The translations under genes and the position numbers were made by a program. This document shows positions 46,512 through 55,991 of a stretch of DNA of 64,000 nt, one piece after another. The notes beneath the pieces were generated by a model that searched no databases, was not told where the DNA came from, and was given only the letters and a program-made list of their open reading frames with translations. The DNA is from a virus. The stretch lies in the IMG/VR virus record IMGVR_UViG_3300027686_001029; one strand, 5' to 3'. Positions within the stretch are counted from its first letter, which is position 1. Each line of letters starts with the position of its first letter.

Positions 46512-47581
46512 TAATCTAAAATATTAGGTGTGATTCTTTCTTCTTCAAGGTCTCCCTCTTCTATTAAGTCGAAATCTATAGTACCTACTAATTTTAGCCA
46601 GTGATCTTTATGTGCATCTCTATATTTATCTATTGCTTTTTTATCATCTTCGATAAAACCATGTGAAGTCATTACAACTCTACCTCTTGATTGTACGCCA
46701 CCTATATGGTTTTTTTCTATCTGAATGTTTGTTCTTTTAGCAAACTCTACCTGTAAGCCATTCTTTACAGCTTTAATTTTAGAAGTACCTGGATTAGTAA
46801 TATTTCCAAACGTTACAACTAAAGTAGCGTCATACCACATGGACATACCTCCTTTGTTCTGTAATTTAGGCTGTCCCATCGGATGCTCAGGTTTCATTGT
46901 CCAAACCTTATTGATAGCAACTAATGTATTAGTATAAGGTGAGTTTTCTTTTCTAGATAATAGAATCTTTTGATTTAGGTTATTACCGAATTGAGTAGAC
47001 ATTGCTCCTGCATTCCATTCATTATTATTCTTATTAGAACGAATTGATAAATCACAAGGTATAGATCCGATTGAATCCCAGAAGAAGCACATATCATATG
47101 GTAAGTTACCTTTTGCTTGTTCATCCATTAAGTCAGCCATATATACCGCTACTTCTTCAATAGAATTTAACGAACCTCTATCTGCATATAAAAAATGACC
47201 TTCGTAATCCGTTACGGTACCGTTTTTATCGGTTACCTCATCGAACTCTAATCCCATCTCTTTAGCATGATCCCAAGACCATTTCATCTCAGATATAATG
47301 AATACTGGTAGAATACCTGCTTTTTGAGCATTTACTGCTGCTTCTAATAACGCGGTAGTTTTTCCAGTATCACTATGTCCTCTTAATAAAGTTATATGTC
47401 CTGTTGGAATACCAGGTAGTGAAGTAATATCTTGAAATGCCTTAGACAAGGGAATCCAACCTTGCTCCTTAAATTTTACGGATGCATTTGAGAATCCTTT
47501 CTTCTTTTTAAAATTACCAAGATTAAAATTTTTCTTGACAGCCGCACTCGCGGCTTCTTGGACTTCCTTTTTCTTTGCCAT
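46511..47581 (-). CDS. RecA/UvsX-like recombinase
   Basis: GHSDTGKTT, WDSIGS, INKVW, GG...YDA. Confidence 0.85.
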   Translation of the reverse strand: MAKKKEVQEAASAAVKKNFNLGNFKKKKGFSNASVKFKEQGWIPLSKAFQDITSLPGIPTGHITLLRGHSDTGKTTALLEAAVNAQKAGILPVFIISEMKWSWDHAKEMGLEFDEVTDKNGTVTDYEGHFLYADRGSLNSIEEVAVYMADLMDEQAKGNLPYDMCFFWDSIGSIPCDLSIRSNKNNNEWNAGAMSTQFGNNLNQKILLSRKENSPYTNTLVAINKVWTMKPEHPMGQPKLQNKGGMSMWYDATLVVTFGNITNPGTSKIKAVKNGLQVEFAKRTNIQIEKNHIGGVQSRGRVVMTSHGFIEDDKKAIDKYRDAHKDHWLKLVGTIDFDLIEEGDLEEERITPNILD

Positions 47582-47591
47582 TTATTGTTTT

Positions 47592-48383
47592 TTACTCGTT
47601 AAATAAATCTGTAAACTTTTCTGCTTTTGTTGATCCTTGCGATTGAGCTGTCTCTAAAGAAAAATCAGTAGTAGTAGGTGCAGGTACAACTCCAGGAGTA
47701 GCAGCAGGAGCATCTGATTCTATCTCTGCAGATGGATCAAGATATTTCTGTAATTGCTTCTTTACAAAGTCGTATGCCATAGGTTTATGAACCTCCATAG
47801 GATCTGGTTGTTCTTTTAACCATGCTTCTACTAAAGTATTATTATCGGATAAAGCAGTTTGCTTAGGTTTAATACGAACAGTAGTCTGTGGGTAAGGGTT
47901 ACCTTGTACTTGTTCTACTACTAAATCCCATCCGTTAATCACGTCCGTAATATCACCGATATCTTCATCAGCAATTAGAGAGTATAGAGCTTTCTGAATA
48001 GTAACTCCGAATCCCCATAGTCTTACTCCTTGGTCTTCTTGACCTCTTACTATAACAGGAGCAAATACTCTTGTTTTAGGGTTAAGTTTACCAGCTAAAG
48101 ACCAATTGTCTCTATCAGAAGTCTTTTTTAATTCATTTACGAACTCTTCAATAGGGTCTTGTTTACCGAAGTTAGATAGAGCTACCATAGGTCGTTCTCC
48201 TACTCCATAGTGAAATTTCATTTCTTTGAATGGCATTGCCGGATCAAAAAATGATGGAAGCAGACGAACTGTCTGTTTTCCTAATTCAGGTTTCCAAAAG
48301 ATTTTGGTGTAGTCAGTTTTTTCTCTCTCCTGACCATTTGAGTTTAAGGCATCTAGTTTAGCCTTGATTGCATTTAAATCCAT
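47592..48383 (-). CDS. single-stranded DNA-binding protein (gp32-like)
   Basis: FWKP..G...VRLLP, FHY, acidic/aromatic C-terminus DLFNE; next to recA. Confidence 0.8.
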   Translation of the reverse strand: MDLNAIKAKLDALNSNGQEREKTDYTKIFWKPELGKQTVRLLPSFFDPAMPFKEMKFHYGVGERPMVALSNFGKQDPIEEFVNELKKTSDRDNWSLAGKLNPKTRVFAPVIVRGQEDQGVRLWGFGVTIQKALYSLIADEDIGDITDVINGWDLVVEQVQGNPYPQTTVRIKPKQTALSDNNTLVEAWLKEQPDPMEVHKPMAYDFVKKQLQKYLDPSAEIESDAPAATPGVVPAPTTTDFSLETAQSQGSTKAEKFTDLFNE

Positions 48384-48441
48384 ATATATAACATTTAATT
48401 AATAACCTATTATTCTATAATATAAGAATAATTTTTCGAAC

Positions 48442-48894
48442 TTACAACTCTAATATCTTATAAAGTTTAGTATTTATCCTTTTTAATTCGTCTCCTTTGG
48501 TTAAAAGTATACAGTTTTTGAAGTCTGGCCAATTAACTCGGAAAGTATTGTCTGCTACTCCTCCATTTAACTCTTTAATTAGTGTATTCAATGCATTAAT
48601 TGTATATAATGTATTAGATTCTTTCTTTCTGTGTACTAGGATAGTATTCTCTAAAAAATTAGAAATATTACCAAAGTCTACATTATACGTACAGATGTAT
48701 TCATCTTGACTCTTTGCATACAGTATAAAGATCTTGTTGTAAATGATCTTATATTTTTCCTGTATTTGCGTGAGAGTTGAATCTAGATTTTGCTCTGTAG
48801 AAAATGTGCAAAATAATTTGTTACTCATATCGTCGTTTATCCTAATAGGCTCGAAATCGTAGCTAAATGTGTTCGTGTCTTGAATGTCTATCAT
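48442..48894 (-). CDS. hypothetical phage protein
   Basis: LVHRKKESNTLYTINALN motif; operon-packed. Confidence 0.6.
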   Translation of the reverse strand: MIDIQDTNTFSYDFEPIRINDDMSNKLFCTFSTEQNLDSTLTQIQEKYKIIYNKIFILYAKSQDEYICTYNVDFGNISNFLENTILVHRKKESNTLYTINALNTLIKELNGGVADNTFRVNWPDFKNCILLTKGDELKRINTKLYKILEL

Positions 48895-48916
48895 TCTAAT
48901 ATAAATATGAGTTACT

Positions 48917-50236
48917 TTATAAAACTAAACTGTTTGAATACTTAAATTTAACGGGGTATAACGAGTTGCATTCTAAAATAGACTGCAATTCACTTATTAT
49001 ATGTTCTCCATCATCATCACTTAAGTCGATAATTAAAGCGTCATAGATATATAACACTAGTTCACTTTTCTTATTATCTAAATACCTAAGTACTTCTTTT
49101 AATATAGTAATATTATTTGAGGTCTCCAACGATTGCATCATATAGTTCATTAACTTTGCTGGATGCATCTCTTTTAATGCTTTAGTAAACGGCTTTCCTG
49201 ATTGAGGATTATATACAACTCCATCTTTTTCATATGTAGCCCAAAGAGTATCTATGTACTCTTGTACTTTAATAAATATTTCTAAATTTTTATGCTCTTC
49301 TGGTATTTTACCGTATATTGCTTGAAAATTAATCTGTTTTGCCTGTATATACTGTTCATCAGTAATATCTTTAGTTCCGTAATAAAATTCAGCAAGTTGT
49401 TTGTGGGCTGATTCTGCTGTTAACTTGTAGTTAATCTGATTACAAAGTAGACGCAAGTGATAACCGTCAAAATCAAGCTCAACAAATCGGTTATTTTTAG
49501 GTCTGAAAGATTTCCTGTGTTCTTCAGATTTTGGTATTGCAGCGAAATTAACGCTATTAAAAGCATTAGTAGGTCTAGATGTAGCATTATATAAATTGTA
49601 TGAAGTTAGTACTGATTTATTAAGTGTGTTGTATTTAGGGTCCCTTGGTGTAAATAATTTAATGTAATCTTCATAATTTACTCCTATACCCGGTTGTTCT
49701 ATTAAGTAAAATACATTAGTAGCGGTTTTATTATAAAAATCAAACCCTTTTGGTATATCAAACCCTATTACGTGTTTAACTGAATTGTATGTATCCTCAC
49801 AGGATTCGTGTAATTTAGCAATTGGTATGATTCTGTTAATATCATCAATTGTTCTGTACCTTGAATAGAGGTTATTGTTAATTTCCTTACTATACTCTAA
49901 TCTATCGTACTTAGTCATTGAATATAACAGTGATAGATCTATTGCTCCCTGTAAATTGAAGTGGTATAACAGATCCTTTTTGTTTAATGTATATAGTAGT
50001 GGTATTTTCGAAAGAATTGCAGAGACACAAGATTTCGATAGGTTAACTCCTTCTTCATGGTCGATAGGGATAATATATCCTTTAGTATCATGGACGGGTC
50101 GTAAATATACTGCAACAGTTTTAGATAATTTAGGATGGTAGTAGTTATTAGTAGTTATAACATCTACGTATAACCCATCTTTTGATAATTCCAGTAATTT
50201 TTCGAGTTTAGACTCTTCTTCAACTATATAAAACAC
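48917..50236 (-). CDS. second, short and degenerate family A polymerase-like protein (GTG start)
   Basis: SRPTN, motif A ELDFDGYHLR, motif B KQINFQAIYG, NYMMQSLET, motif C IYDAL. Confidence 0.8.
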   Translation of the reverse strand: MFYIVEEESKLEKLLELSKDGLYVDVITTNNYYHPKLSKTVAVYLRPVHDTKGYIIPIDHEEGVNLSKSCVSAILSKIPLLYTLNKKDLLYHFNLQGAIDLSLLYSMTKYDRLEYSKEINNNLYSRYRTIDDINRIIPIAKLHESCEDTYNSVKHVIGFDIPKGFDFYNKTATNVFYLIEQPGIGVNYEDYIKLFTPRDPKYNTLNKSVLTSYNLYNATSRPTNAFNSVNFAAIPKSEEHRKSFRPKNNRFVELDFDGYHLRLLCNQINYKLTAESAHKQLAEFYYGTKDITDEQYIQAKQINFQAIYGKIPEEHKNLEIFIKVQEYIDTLWATYEKDGVVYNPQSGKPFTKALKEMHPAKLMNYMMQSLETSNNITILKEVLRYLDNKKSELVLYIYDALIIDLSDDDGEHIISELQSILECNSLYPVKFKYSNSLVL

Positions 50237-50287
50237 TTGTATAACCTTTTTATTTAATATAAGAATAAATAAGTTATAAAAAAACTA

Positions 50288-51148
50288 TTACAGCATTTGA
50301 TCTCGATCTCTATTTGAACCTCCGCTTCTACCTCCTGATCTTCTAGTGCTTATCATTCCTTTTGGATCATTTACCCTTCTTCTTTGAGGACTCGGTGTTT
50401 TTTTCTTTTTAACTCTCTCAATATTTTTCTCCTTAACTACTATTTCTTTTTCTACCTTAGGGGTAATAGGTCGAGGTATTGGTTTTGATTTAGGATTCAA
50501 TAAATCATTTAACTGGTTTAATGCACCTTCAATATCAATTTTAGATTTATAAGGTACGAAAGGTTTTAACTTAGCTTTTTCAGCTGCTATTGCGGCTTGA
50601 ATAAATGAGTTAGCTTGTCCTTCCGTAAGTATAAATTCAGTAGTATCGTTTAAAATTAAAGCAATACCTGGGAATATTATTTGCGATTGATCAATTACGT
50701 CTTGATTTTTACGTTTTAACCCCGGGTGCTGATAGTCATTAATAATGGTATCTTCTGCAAGTCCTACTATATTCCACTGTACCTTTAAGGTTCTTCTATA
50801 TAATTTACCTTCTTTTTGTTCAGCAAGATATTGTTTAGGATCAGTTTCTACAATTTTATTTTTTCTTATGTCTCTTATAAAATACCTATCGTATGTTTTT
50901 TTCTGATAGTCTTTATATGTAGGTTTTCTATAAACTCTAGTCAATCCTAATTCTTTAGCAACTAAGTTTGGATCTATATCAGGAACAAATTCTAGGGATA
51001 CTGATTCAGCTGTTACTTCTTCTCCTTTGTAAAAATTACCTAGAAAATCTTGCACAAACTTACCGCCGAAAGCTCTTCCAGTTACTTTATCAAGTAGTTT
51101 CCCACCGATCTTTCCTCCTACTATTTGTTTTATCTTAGGTATATACAT
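50288..51148 (-). CDS. hypothetical protein with Arg/Lys-rich tail
   Basis: RYF.RD.R...I.E motif; end of the tail operon. Confidence 0.55.
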   Translation of the reverse strand: MYIPKIKQIVGGKIGGKLLDKVTGRAFGGKFVQDFLGNFYKGEEVTAESVSLEFVPDIDPNLVAKELGLTRVYRKPTYKDYQKKTYDRYFIRDIRKNKIVETDPKQYLAEQKEGKLYRRTLKVQWNIVGLAEDTIINDYQHPGLKRKNQDVIDQSQIIFPGIALILNDTTEFILTEGQANSFIQAAIAAEKAKLKPFVPYKSKIDIEGALNQLNDLLNPKSKPIPRPITPKVEKEIVVKEKNIERVKKKKTPSPQRRRVNDPKGMISTRRSGGRSGGSNRDRDQML

Positions 51149-53547
51149 TACATTCCAGTTGAATACATTAAAGCTTTAACATTTGTAACCCATTTATTAT
51201 CTGCGCCTACATCATGAGATATTCCTGTTATAATATACGCAAATCTTTTATACCTATCAGGTAAAATAGTATTATTTATTCTAAAGGTAAGTCCTATTTT
51301 GAATCCTGCTATTCCTTGTAGCTTTAAAGACAGTTCAATAGGTACAGGTAGTGGATCAAAACTAAATTCTTTATCAATATCCAGTCGCAATTGTTCTTTT
51401 ATATTTTTAGCCCCTTGTTCTGCTATTATAGGCCAAATATAGGTATTAGTCACACCCTCACTTAATTGATCGTATCCTTTTCTTAGTAATTCTGTGTAAT
51501 TAAGTTTGGGGTCTTCATCGGATTTTTGAGATTCTTCTTTGTCAATTTTACATGCCTTTTCTGCTTTAGCATTTGCCTTGTATGGAAAGTGTCTGTCTAC
51601 TGCTCCTAAATTCCATTGCATCATAGCCTCAACATTAGAGTTATACCCAGACCCTACTGATCCTTGAGCTGCTATGGAAACTTGAGAAGAAGTGTTAGAT
51701 GATATTTTGCTCTCTACACCTAATTCTAAGACTGTAGAATTTAATCCGGATTCTGCAATAATAGGTATCCCTCCTTTAAGGCCTCCTGATGGGAACCCTC
51801 TATCTACTATAGTGAACATCTTCAAGTTTTGGTCAAACATATACGTAAAATGGTTTATTCCTCCAAATGCATCATTAATAATGTTACATATTAAATCAAT
51901 AAATGTGAGTATAGACTTTTCTCCATCAACCATCGTCTCTTCATATGCTTGAAGTATAGAATCTGTTTCTATTAATACTGATAAACAGTCATCTATAGGT
52001 ACTCCTTTTTTAATGGCAGCTACATTTAAACTCACATTAAAGCCTTTTCCTTTTACTACGTTATCTGGATTTAATGTCGGGGTGCCTAATTTTATTGCTT
52101 TTGTAGGTGCTATACTATAGTGTGATTTATAGGTTTTAAACTTTTCCCCTAGTTGTTCACTAAATAATACTACCGCTTCTCCGTTTGAAGCATTCTTAGG
52201 CATTTCTATTGAGTTAATAATAGAAAGTAGGGTACGGAACGAAATGTAAGTTAAATTTTCACCTGGTGTTAGAAACTTATTAAACATTATTGATGCCCAA
52301 CGAAGTAAGTTACCCCCCATAGTGTTAGAACTATCATCATTTACTGCTTCTGATTTTACTACAAAAAACTCTAAAGTAGTAGAGCTACAATCATGGTTAT
52401 ATAATCCCTTATAAAGCTTCCGTTGCTGTTTATCAGTTATAGATTGAGCTCCTGTTAAATAGTCGTATATTTTGACACCTAATGCATACGGTTTTTTTAG
52501 TCCTGCCAGTGCTCGCTTCTTTATCTCACCGCGAAGTGCCATTTCCAAAGGGTAGTCATAACCATCTTTAGCATTATCTGCATTATGGGTCCAAATATCA
52601 TTTCCAAATATTTGCAAATTTCGAAGGAGAAAGTGCATGGCTGATATATCTTCAGTGTCGTCTCTTCCTTTCTCACCATCTGGTCCAGGGTTACATACAA
52701 ATGTGGTTATCTGTACTCCAGTTTTTAAACTTTCTACAATCGATCCTTTTGAAGTAAGTTTAACTGTGCATTTATATGTACCGTCTTTATTAAAAGAGTA
52801 CGAAAAGTTAGTTATAAATCCGAAGAGTCCGTCGTAATTATAATCTGTTTTTTTCTTAAGTTTATCTATTTGAAGTACTATGTCATCAGCTTTATCAGAT
52901 GATTTAAACCAAAGATCTTCGCTAATTTTTTCTCCTGCAGTTTTAACTCTATTTCCGTCATTATCTATATATACCGTATGGCCCCATTCTAACAACGCAG
53001 AGTATCCAGGTCTAAAGAAGAGCAATTCAGCATCCTCTAACTGTTCTTGAGAGTTAAGTGTAAAATTAACTGTTGCTGTTCTTAACTGACCGTATGCTCC
53101 TTTGGTTGCTACAGATATACCCGTTAATCCTGGCATTGGTCTGAATCCCATACTATCGTAGTTCAGGTAAGCTTCTGTATCTCTTTGTAAAGCAGCAGCT
53201 CCGTGATAATCATCAGAGTCTTTGCTGTTAAGTATCCCTGATCTAGGTGTTTTACTATCGGGGTTTAAAGTTCCTCCTAATAGTTCGTAATTCTGTGCTT
53301 TAATTGGGCTCCCTCTTTTAACATTCGTATTAATTATACAGTTATTTTTAGATGCATTAAAGATATCTCGAGCATCATTATAAGTAACTTTGTTAACACT
53401 AGATCTAAATATTGCAAACCCAGTATTTGAATTTATAGCTTCCATCTCATCTAAAGTTTTATTATTAGATGAAAGTGCTTCTCCTCGTACCTTAATTTGT
53501 TTTGCTACTTTATCGGGAATAGGTGAACCTAATACTTGTTTTGACAT
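51148..53547 (-). CDS. baseplate hub / tail protein
   Basis: RPMPGLT, LFFRPGYSALLEWG, GFITNFSYS, Y.ITGISHDV...WVT; follows a LysM-like gene. Confidence 0.65.
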   Translation of the reverse strand: MSKQVLGSPIPDKVAKQIKVRGEALSSNNKTLDEMEAINSNTGFAIFRSSVNKVTYNDARDIFNASKNNCIINTNVKRGSPIKAQNYELLGGTLNPDSKTPRSGILNSKDSDDYHGAAALQRDTEAYLNYDSMGFRPMPGLTGISVATKGAYGQLRTATVNFTLNSQEQLEDAELLFFRPGYSALLEWGHTVYIDNDGNRVKTAGEKISEDLWFKSSDKADDIVLQIDKLKKKTDYNYDGLFGFITNFSYSFNKDGTYKCTVKLTSKGSIVESLKTGVQITTFVCNPGPDGEKGRDDTEDISAMHFLLRNLQIFGNDIWTHNADNAKDGYDYPLEMALRGEIKKRALAGLKKPYALGVKIYDYLTGAQSITDKQQRKLYKGLYNHDCSSTTLEFFVVKSEAVNDDSSNTMGGNLLRWASIMFNKFLTPGENLTYISFRTLLSIINSIEMPKNASNGEAVVLFSEQLGEKFKTYKSHYSIAPTKAIKLGTPTLNPDNVVKGKGFNVSLNVAAIKKGVPIDDCLSVLIETDSILQAYEETMVDGEKSILTFIDLICNIINDAFGGINHFTYMFDQNLKMFTIVDRGFPSGGLKGGIPIIAESGLNSTVLELGVESKISSNTSSQVSIAAQGSVGSGYNSNVEAMMQWNLGAVDRHFPYKANAKAEKACKIDKEESQKSDEDPKLNYTELLRKGYDQLSEGVTNTYIWPIIAEQGAKNIKEQLRLDIDKEFSFDPLPVPIELSLKLQGIAGFKIGLTFRINNTILPDRYKRFAYIITGISHDVGADNKWVTNVKALMYSTGM

Positions 53548-53552
53548 AACTA

Positions 53553-53858
53553 CTATAATTTCTCATTAAATTCAGTAAATAGGTTCTTAGCAGCTGTACC
53601 GTTAGCAGGAATTCTTAACTGTACACCCGGTTTTACTATCAGCCCATCTGTTTTAGATACATTTGCTGATGCTATTACCCACCAGAGTTTATGGTCTCCG
53701 TAAAACTGCTGTGCTAAAGTATCGTATCTATCACTACCTGTTGTAATAACATATAAGTCATTATCAGTAACAGGTATGTCTGGGTAAATGGCATTTTTAT
53801 AGTACCTTTTCCCTTCATCTGTTTTTAATACCTCTATTTCTTTATATCTATTAGCCAT
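53553..53858 (-). CDS. LysM / tail-X-like baseplate protein
   Basis: DRYDTLAQQFYGDHKLWWVIASAN...GVQLRIP. Confidence 0.8.
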   Translation of the reverse strand: MANRYKEIEVLKTDEGKRYYKNAIYPDIPVTDNDLYVITTGSDRYDTLAQQFYGDHKLWWVIASANVSKTDGLIVKPGVQLRIPANGTAAKNLFTEFNEKL

Positions 53859-55777
53859 TAGTTGGATGGATCGATTACATTGGTAGCGTTAGTACTAAAG
53901 TCTCTTCCTGTATCTGGGCTTTTTCCAAAGTCTCCGGTTCCTACCTCAACACTTGCGTTTCTACCTCCAATATACTTTCTTAAGCTAGAGGTTATTTTTT
54001 CTGCGTTTACATTAAAATTATGTATGGGTGTAAATGCAATTGAACAGTCAAGAACATGTGGTACTAGGGGATTTTTTTTGCCGACACTTTGATTATTAGT
54101 TTCCCATTGGTAGGATGTGTTCCAGCTTAAATTTACACTTGTTATAAAGCCTTTTACGTTATTAAGGTAGTTTCCTATAGTTACTGCAGTCAAAGTTCCT
54201 TTCATAAAAGCTCCTTCAGTGTTATAAGTTGGAGCAGTAGTAGATACTAGTCCATTAATTTTTTGGTACATAGGTATTAATTCCTCTCTTGAAAATGCTG
54301 CTATTTTAAATGAAAAGTCTATTGTTCTATCAAATCCTTGATAAGTATAGAATTGTTCAGCTCTACCTACGTATCTTTCTCCGCCCCAGTCTCCAGTGTA
54401 ATTATCAGCTAAGCTATCTAAAAAAGCTCTAAAGTATATAAACCTTTCATCATCATTAGGTGTAATTATTTGAAATTCGAAAGGAATAATATCCTCTACT
54501 TCTGATTTACCGAGTATTGATTGTGTTTGCTCAGCTAATAGTCCTATTGCATCAGGATAAAGAGACGGTTTACTATTAGTACCACCTTTATTATACCTAT
54601 TACGTAAGGTTATATTACTATTTATATAGTTTGTTTCGTTCTTTTTTGTACCTACTGGCCTATAAACATTTAAGTCGCTAGTATCTGGTTTAGGATCAGT
54701 CCATCCTGCTTCTCCTATTAGTCCTTTTCTGTTTGACCTAGTTGTAGTGCCGTCGTTAACTAATTTTCGAAGTAAAGCATCGTTTTCTGTTGCAATACGA
54801 GTTGATATAGGAACGTTAATTTTACTTCTGCCTGAATTAGTAGTACCAACTGCGTTTTCATCGTCGCTGTTGAGATAACCGTTATTACGGTCAAAAGGTT
54901 TAGAGTTTGTTGGTTCTGTTAGTTGAACTTTTTCTAAAGAAGCATCTAACAAAGAGCCTAAGAATGGAATATTGTTTTTTAGTAATAAACTGTTAGTTGC
55001 AAGACTTGGTGTTCCTGGTAAGTTAAATCTAGCAAGAGCTTTACTCACAAAAGGTGGTTTACTCAAACTGTATATTGCTTTTAGTGCAAATGCTCCTAAT
55101 GGTGCAGCATATTTTGCGAAAAGTTCTAATGATACGTCGCTACCAAATTCTGAGTTTTGAATAGATAAATCACTTTCAAACTGACTATTATTAAGTATAC
55201 CTCCGTCTTCTAATCTACCGGATATTGTTTGACCTTTTAAAGCTTTTGATGCCCCGTCTACTCCTCCACCGATATCAGCAAAATCTTTTACTTTTTGAAT
55301 AAATCTTCCTAAGCCGGTGCTAGCTTCCTCTCGGCCTCCTTCTCTAAGGTAGCCGTTTGCTCCTAATCCCTGTATAAAATGGGTACCTGTACCATTAACT
55401 GGTGCTTGTGCCAGAATAGACAGGGTAGTCTTAGCATTATTTAGTGCGGTATTTAATACCTGTTTACCTATACGTTTACCTAGTTCTTTAAAATTAAACT
55501 TACCTTTCTTAGACTTACCAAGATTTTTTAAGTTTAATTCGTTTCCATACTGATAAAGTAGTGCTTGATTGGCTTGAAATTTGAGACCTTGTTTAGATAA
55601 TAGTAACTTACCTAATCTCTCAGTATCTGTTATACGTGAATTGATTTGGTTATACTTATTACCTATTTTATCTTCGATAATAGGAGAACCGTTACGGTAC
55701 TCACTGTACTTAAGTGAGCGTAAATTAGTTTGTTCTCCTTTTAGCAGAGATGTTTTAAGGCCTTTATTTTCCGCCAT
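53858..55777 (-). CDS. baseplate / tube-initiator-like protein
   Basis: C-terminal FRAFLDSL.DNY...W...YVGRAE.FYTYQGFDR.I.FSF domain. Confidence 0.65.
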   Translation of the reverse strand: MAENKGLKTSLLKGEQTNLRSLKYSEYRNGSPIIEDKIGNKYNQINSRITDTERLGKLLLSKQGLKFQANQALLYQYGNELNLKNLGKSKKGKFNFKELGKRIGKQVLNTALNNAKTTLSILAQAPVNGTGTHFIQGLGANGYLREGGREEASTGLGRFIQKVKDFADIGGGVDGASKALKGQTISGRLEDGGILNNSQFESDLSIQNSEFGSDVSLELFAKYAAPLGAFALKAIYSLSKPPFVSKALARFNLPGTPSLATNSLLLKNNIPFLGSLLDASLEKVQLTEPTNSKPFDRNNGYLNSDDENAVGTTNSGRSKINVPISTRIATENDALLRKLVNDGTTTRSNRKGLIGEAGWTDPKPDTSDLNVYRPVGTKKNETNYINSNITLRNRYNKGGTNSKPSLYPDAIGLLAEQTQSILGKSEVEDIIPFEFQIITPNDDERFIYFRAFLDSLADNYTGDWGGERYVGRAEQFYTYQGFDRTIDFSFKIAAFSREELIPMYQKINGLVSTTAPTYNTEGAFMKGTLTAVTIGNYLNNVKGFITSVNLSWNTSYQWETNNQSVGKKNPLVPHVLDCSIAFTPIHNFNVNAEKITSSLRKYIGGRNASVEVGTGDFGKSPDTGRDFSTNATNVIDPSN

Positions 55778-55780
55778 TTA

Positions 55781-55927
55781 TTAGTCTCTTGCTGCTGGTG
55801 GTGTAGCATCAACAATATTAGATCCTAAAGCATCTTCTGGTCTGTTGTCTTCGTAAGTTCCTAATGCAGGAAGCTCACCTTTCAATCCTAAGATGGAATT
55901 TGGTAATTGATCTTTTTTGATTCCCAT
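55781..55927 (-). CDS. 48-aa protein (not in ORF track)
   Basis: hand translation MGIKKDQLPNSILGLKGELP...; late-type motif upstream. Confidence 0.55.
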   Translation of the reverse strand: MGIKKDQLPNSILGLKGELPALGTYEDNRPEDALGSNIVDATPPAARD

Positions 55928-55991
55928 GATTTTAAATTTAATTGGTTATATTATTATTATAAGTATAAATAGATAGTAAAAAAGGTATTAT

